DNA of 48,543 nucleotides from a virus (Duplodnaviria; Caudoviricetes): positions 1 through 48,543 of the IMG/VR virus record IMGVR_UViG_3300043039_000024; one strand, 5' to 3'. Each line of letters starts with the position of its first letter. Positions within the stretch are counted from its first letter, which is position 1. Of this stretch, positions 45,025 through 48,543 are shown one piece after another. The notes under the pieces are model-generated. The model saw only the letters and a list, made by a program, of their open reading frames with translations. It was not told the origin of the DNA and searched no databases. A program made the position numbers and the translations under genes.

Positions 45025-48000
45025 TATGCCCGCTTTCTCGTTGCGTTTGTATTATTGTTCAATGCTTTCGATGTGCGGCTATTCGGGTTTTGCAAGTCTG
45101 CGGCAATGACCTGCGGCGCGTCTTCCCGAACGGTTTCTTTCGATACCCTCTTGGCGATGATCACCACATCCGTCTCGCTTATTTGCTGCACATCATATTG
45201 CGCGCCAGCGTAATCTTGAATGGTGATATTTATGCCACTCATGGCAGATGATTTGCCAGAATTCATCGCCTCCAAAGCGCCACGGTTTTTCTTTGTGGCT
45301 TGGGCATTCATGACAAATTCCTGCCCATGAACCACCCCGGCAACGTCAGACGTTCCAACATTTCCCGTATACCCACCGGACTTAAAACCGGTTGCCTGAA
45401 CGGCCTGAATATTTGATATGATAGATGCGCCAGCCGCCGCCGTGCTTGCCGCCGCTGCAAGGTTCATCGGCCACGGAAGCGACATAGCATTAGCAATACC
45501 CTGCTGCACCTTTAAGATGCCATCGGCAATCGCAAAAGCCTTGGAGACAACAAACATAGCCTTGTATATGCCGCTTTGCTGCCCCGCGAACCCTTGGGCA
45601 ATCGTCGCAAGGTCGCCAAACATCTGTGACGACCCAATCAGGATCGCACTGTTTGACGCTGCCATAAGTGCATCGCGCTGCTTGGTGGCTGCGGCTTGGA
45701 TTTGCGTAATTCGGTCTTGGCCTTCTTGCTCGGTAATTACGCGCTCGTCCATGGCTGATCTAACAACATCCAGCTTGTTGTTTTCGGCTTCCTGCAATGC
45801 GGTTAATTGCTGGTCATATCGTGCAAGGTCGTTAAAAGGCCCCGTGTCTCCAATAGTCCCGTACTCATTCATCCCACCGACTTGACCAACGCCAAAGTCG
45901 TCATTCTTCATATCTTTGAGCTGCTGCAAGCGATAGCGGGCGTCTATCTCGTCTTCGATTTTTTGCACTGTTTTATCGGCAAGAGGTATCCCTGCCTCGT
46001 CGGCTATTTTCTGCGCCTCACGAACGGTATTTAGCTTTTCAATATCCTTTGCGAGCATATTAACCTCGTTGCGCTGCCTTGTCAGGCTTGCAACAAGTTG
46101 ATCTATGCTTTCCCATCCTTTTTGCTCTGTATTTACAGCATCGTTGTAATCTTTCTGGGCCTTTTCGGCTGCTTCCAAGGCCAGTTTTAAATCAAACAGT
46201 GACGTTGCTGCATTGCGCACCGCAGACGCATTATCATTAGCCGCGTCAATACCAGCACGTTTCAGAGCCGTGTATACGGCTTGTTCCCGGTCCGTCCGCC
46301 CAAGCTGATCACGCTCAAATTTAAGCGCATCGATCACGTCTTTAATTTTATCAGATAATTCATCAACCTTATCCGTTTCGCTCTTAGTTACCACCACCAG
46401 CGGATCTTTGGTCGAAACTTTGTTAAGTTCACGGATCTTATCGCGCAACCCGTCAAGGTTATCCTCTACCTGCGCAATCTGCTTATCAACATCTGATGTA
46501 ATGTCGATTGTAAAATTTAATCCACCTCCGTTATCTGACGACATTTTATTGGCAAGTTTTTCGGCTTCTGCATTTAAAAACCGTTGCGCCTTTAATTGCT
46601 CTAGCTTGGCTTGTGCTGCCTCTACCGAGGCAATTGCGTCTTTATTCGTTTTTTCTGCACTTTCCTCAGAAAGTCCAGTTCCTTTTGCAATTGCTACATT
46701 TAAAAGATCTATAGCTTTAGTGTGCGCTTCGGCTGCTTTTTCTGCTTCCGTCTGACGTGTTGATAAATAATAAATTCCCCCAGCCAAAGCGGTTATTGCT
46801 AATCCAACAGGACCACCAAAAACAGCTAATGCAGCCGATAAGGCTCTTGTTGATACAGCAACTGCTGCGAGCCTTGCCGCAGTGAGTGGGGCTACAACGG
46901 CCATTAATCTAAGACCAGCCAAAGCTGAGCTTGATCCCACAGCTTGAGCCGCGAATGCGATTGCTACCGTGCTGATACTTGATGCAAGTCTGCTAACCAT
47001 TACCCCGGCTAGGACCGTCGCGGCTCCTGATATAATCTGAATATTATCTATTAATTTCTCTCCCGCAGGAACTAACACATCAAGAATTTTCTCTCCGACA
47101 GATGTTGCGGTTTCTGAAAGCTTGTTAAGAACTTTATCAAGTCGCTTATTAAGCGCTTGCGTTACCTTATCAACGGCTGCATTAGTAGCACCGGCCTTTT
47201 TGGTCATGTCATCAAGAATTTCGCCCATGCTTTCACCAGCTGAACCGGACAGGGCTAAAGCCGCTGTTACAGCCTCCATGCTGCTAAATAGCGTCTGCAT
47301 CGCCTCTGACGAGCCACCAGTGCGCTTTACAACATCGGCCATAAATCCAGCGAAGCCCTTGGCTTTAAGCCCTGCTGTTGAGAAATCAATACCTAATTTT
47401 TCAGCGATTTGCTGAGCTTGTTGCGATGGCCCAAGAACTGCGGTTAATGCAGCTCTTAGGCCAGTGACGCTTTCGGCTGTTGTTATCCCGCCCTTGGTCA
47501 GCGCAGCAACAGCAGCCGCCGTTTCGTCGAACGTGACGCCAAGATTGCTTGCAATAGGCAGAACTTTACCAAGAGATGATGATAATTCTGTGATCGTCGT
47601 CTTTCCAGCGCGCATTGCTACAAATAGCGCGTCTGATGCGTCGGCAGCACTTAGACCGCTATCCTTATAAACGTTTGTCGCGGTTGTCAAAATGTCGACG
47701 CCAGTCGTCACGTCGGTTACACCACCAACTGCAAGTCTATTTGCTGATGTCAAAACGTCTATAGCCTGCGCCGCCGATGTGGCCCCGGCGGACACAGCCT
47801 GATAAAAGCCCTGGACTTGCTGTGTAGACGATGTACCAAATTCTATGGCAAGACTGCGAGCCGATGACGTCATTTCGTCAAGCCCGGTATTCGCGTCGTC
47901 AAGAAGTGTAGACAGTTCAGCGGTAGCAGTAGAAAGCTGGCGCGCCCCGGATATGCCAGCATAAAGCCCACCACCAAGAGCAGCGACACCCAAAACTAAA

Positions 48001-48179
48001 GACGAAATTGATTTTGTCAGTGAACCAGATACTTGACCAAGATCTCCTAAATCCCGGCCAAGCCTATCCGATGAATCACCAGCCTGACCTGCTGATCTTC
48101 GTAATTCATCGAGCCGACGCTGCGCGGCTAGAAGCCCTTGGGTATCTACTCGGAATTCAAGGGTCGCCAGCTCTGCCAT
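45024..48179 (-). CDS. Tail tape measure protein
   Basis: 1051 aa, Ala-rich helical; GKTT..EL...LG.V.P core; GGYTG...AGVVHGQEFV. Confidence 0.95.
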   Translation of the reverse strand: MAELATLEFRVDTQGLLAAQRRLDELRRSAGQAGDSSDRLGRDLGDLGQVSGSLTKSISSLVLGVAALGGGLYAGISGARQLSTATAELSTLLDDANTGLDEMTSSARSLAIEFGTSSTQQVQGFYQAVSAGATSAAQAIDVLTSANRLAVGGVTDVTTGVDILTTATNVYKDSGLSAADASDALFVAMRAGKTTITELSSSLGKVLPIASNLGVTFDETAAAVAALTKGGITTAESVTGLRAALTAVLGPSQQAQQIAEKLGIDFSTAGLKAKGFAGFMADVVKRTGGSSEAMQTLFSSMEAVTAALALSGSAGESMGEILDDMTKKAGATNAAVDKVTQALNKRLDKVLNKLSETATSVGEKILDVLVPAGEKLIDNIQIISGAATVLAGVMVSRLASSISTVAIAFAAQAVGSSSALAGLRLMAVVAPLTAARLAAVAVSTRALSAALAVFGGPVGLAITALAGGIYYLSTRQTEAEKAAEAHTKAIDLLNVAIAKGTGLSEESAEKTNKDAIASVEAAQAKLEQLKAQRFLNAEAEKLANKMSSDNGGGLNFTIDITSDVDKQIAQVEDNLDGLRDKIRELNKVSTKDPLVVVTKSETDKVDELSDKIKDVIDALKFERDQLGRTDREQAVYTALKRAGIDAANDNASAVRNAATSLFDLKLALEAAEKAQKDYNDAVNTEQKGWESIDQLVASLTRQRNEVNMLAKDIEKLNTVREAQKIADEAGIPLADKTVQKIEDEIDARYRLQQLKDMKNDDFGVGQVGGMNEYGTIGDTGPFNDLARYDQQLTALQEAENNKLDVVRSAMDERVITEQEGQDRITQIQAAATKQRDALMAASNSAILIGSSQMFGDLATIAQGFAGQQSGIYKAMFVVSKAFAIADGILKVQQGIANAMSLPWPMNLAAAASTAAAGASIISNIQAVQATGFKSGGYTGNVGTSDVAGVVHGQEFVMNAQATKKNRGALEAMNSGKSSAMSGINITIQDYAGAQYDVQQISETDVVIIAKRVSKETVREDAPQVIAADLQNPNSRTSKALNNNTNATRKRA

Positions 48180-48533
48180 TTATTTTGACCCTTTTGCTTG
48201 CTGTTCGCGTATTTTAGTTAGTTCAACAGACATAGCCCTTGACCACGCCCTAGACATTTGCATTAGACAATCAAACTCAAACGGGCGGACTTTTAATCCC
48301 ATGTTTTGCTGCCAGCATCTTAACTCATTATGAGTTAATGTTAAAGCCTCGCCGTCCCTTATATATGACGCGGGCGAAACGATATCCCAGAACCAATTCC
48401 AAAGGTATTCACCATGTTCTGGTATAACGACCTGCGGAGTACCGTAAAAGTCTATTAGCTCGGCTATCCTGCGTTGGGTGTATCCGTGGAAATCAGGCGT
48501 ATCATATTTAATCCTAATCTCCACGGCATTCAC
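48180..48533 (-). CDS. gpT-like part of the tail assembly chaperone (reached by -1 frameshift)
   Basis: YLWNWFWD...EL..W pattern; upstream of the tape measure gene; in the -1 frame of 256-660. Confidence 0.8.
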   Translation of the reverse strand: MNAVEIRIKYDTPDFHGYTQRRIAELIDFYGTPQVVIPEHGEYLWNWFWDIVSPASYIRDGEALTLTHNELRCWQQNMGLKVRPFEFDCLMQMSRAWSRAMSVELTKIREQQAKGSK

Positions 48534-48543
48534 GAGGTCACGG
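48290..48543. repeat. Terminal direct repeat, copy 2
   Basis: Matches 1-254 with one mismatch. Confidence 0.97.

Noticed and set aside
45418-48217. Long plus-strand ORFs opposite the tape measure gene (similar ones opposite portal, dnaB and tail genes)
   Set aside because: Shadow frames with no motifs or RBS, unlike the HNH ORF, which has a complete domain signature
1-48543. CRISPR array, rRNA, IS element, reverse transcriptase/DGR
   Set aside because: No repeat-spacer array, transposase or RT motifs seen by eye

Overview
The window is a complete, circularly permuted siphovirus genome of about 48,289 bp. Bases 1-254 repeat at 48290-48543 with one mismatch, which looks like an assembly overlap. 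The host is probably an alphaproteobacterium (GapR, alpha-type SSB, tRNA-Ile2-like gene). Most genes lie on the minus strand: packaging, head, tail, lysis, replication (initiator, DnaB, SSB, RusA), a PP-loop/ParB (IbrAB-like) cluster and many small accessory genes. A plus-strand arm (29.0-34.3 kb) carries Gp157, Bet, NinB and DUF1364. I found no integrase or CI repressor. The standout feature is a 316-aa class-1 intein in the Walker A motif of the large terminase. Its homing endonuclease is not in the intein reading frame: a complete HTH-HNH gene with its own candidate promoter lies on the opposite strand inside the intein, while the intein frame stays stop-free across it. Other notable items are chimeric ORFs carrying antitoxin-like segments near an alarmone hydrolase, a possible DNA-modification cluster, an FN3 domain apparently split across two tail genes, a shared promoter/leader family, and anti-Shine-Dalgarno hairpins next to the tRNA. 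All family assignments come from motif recognition by eye, not database searches.
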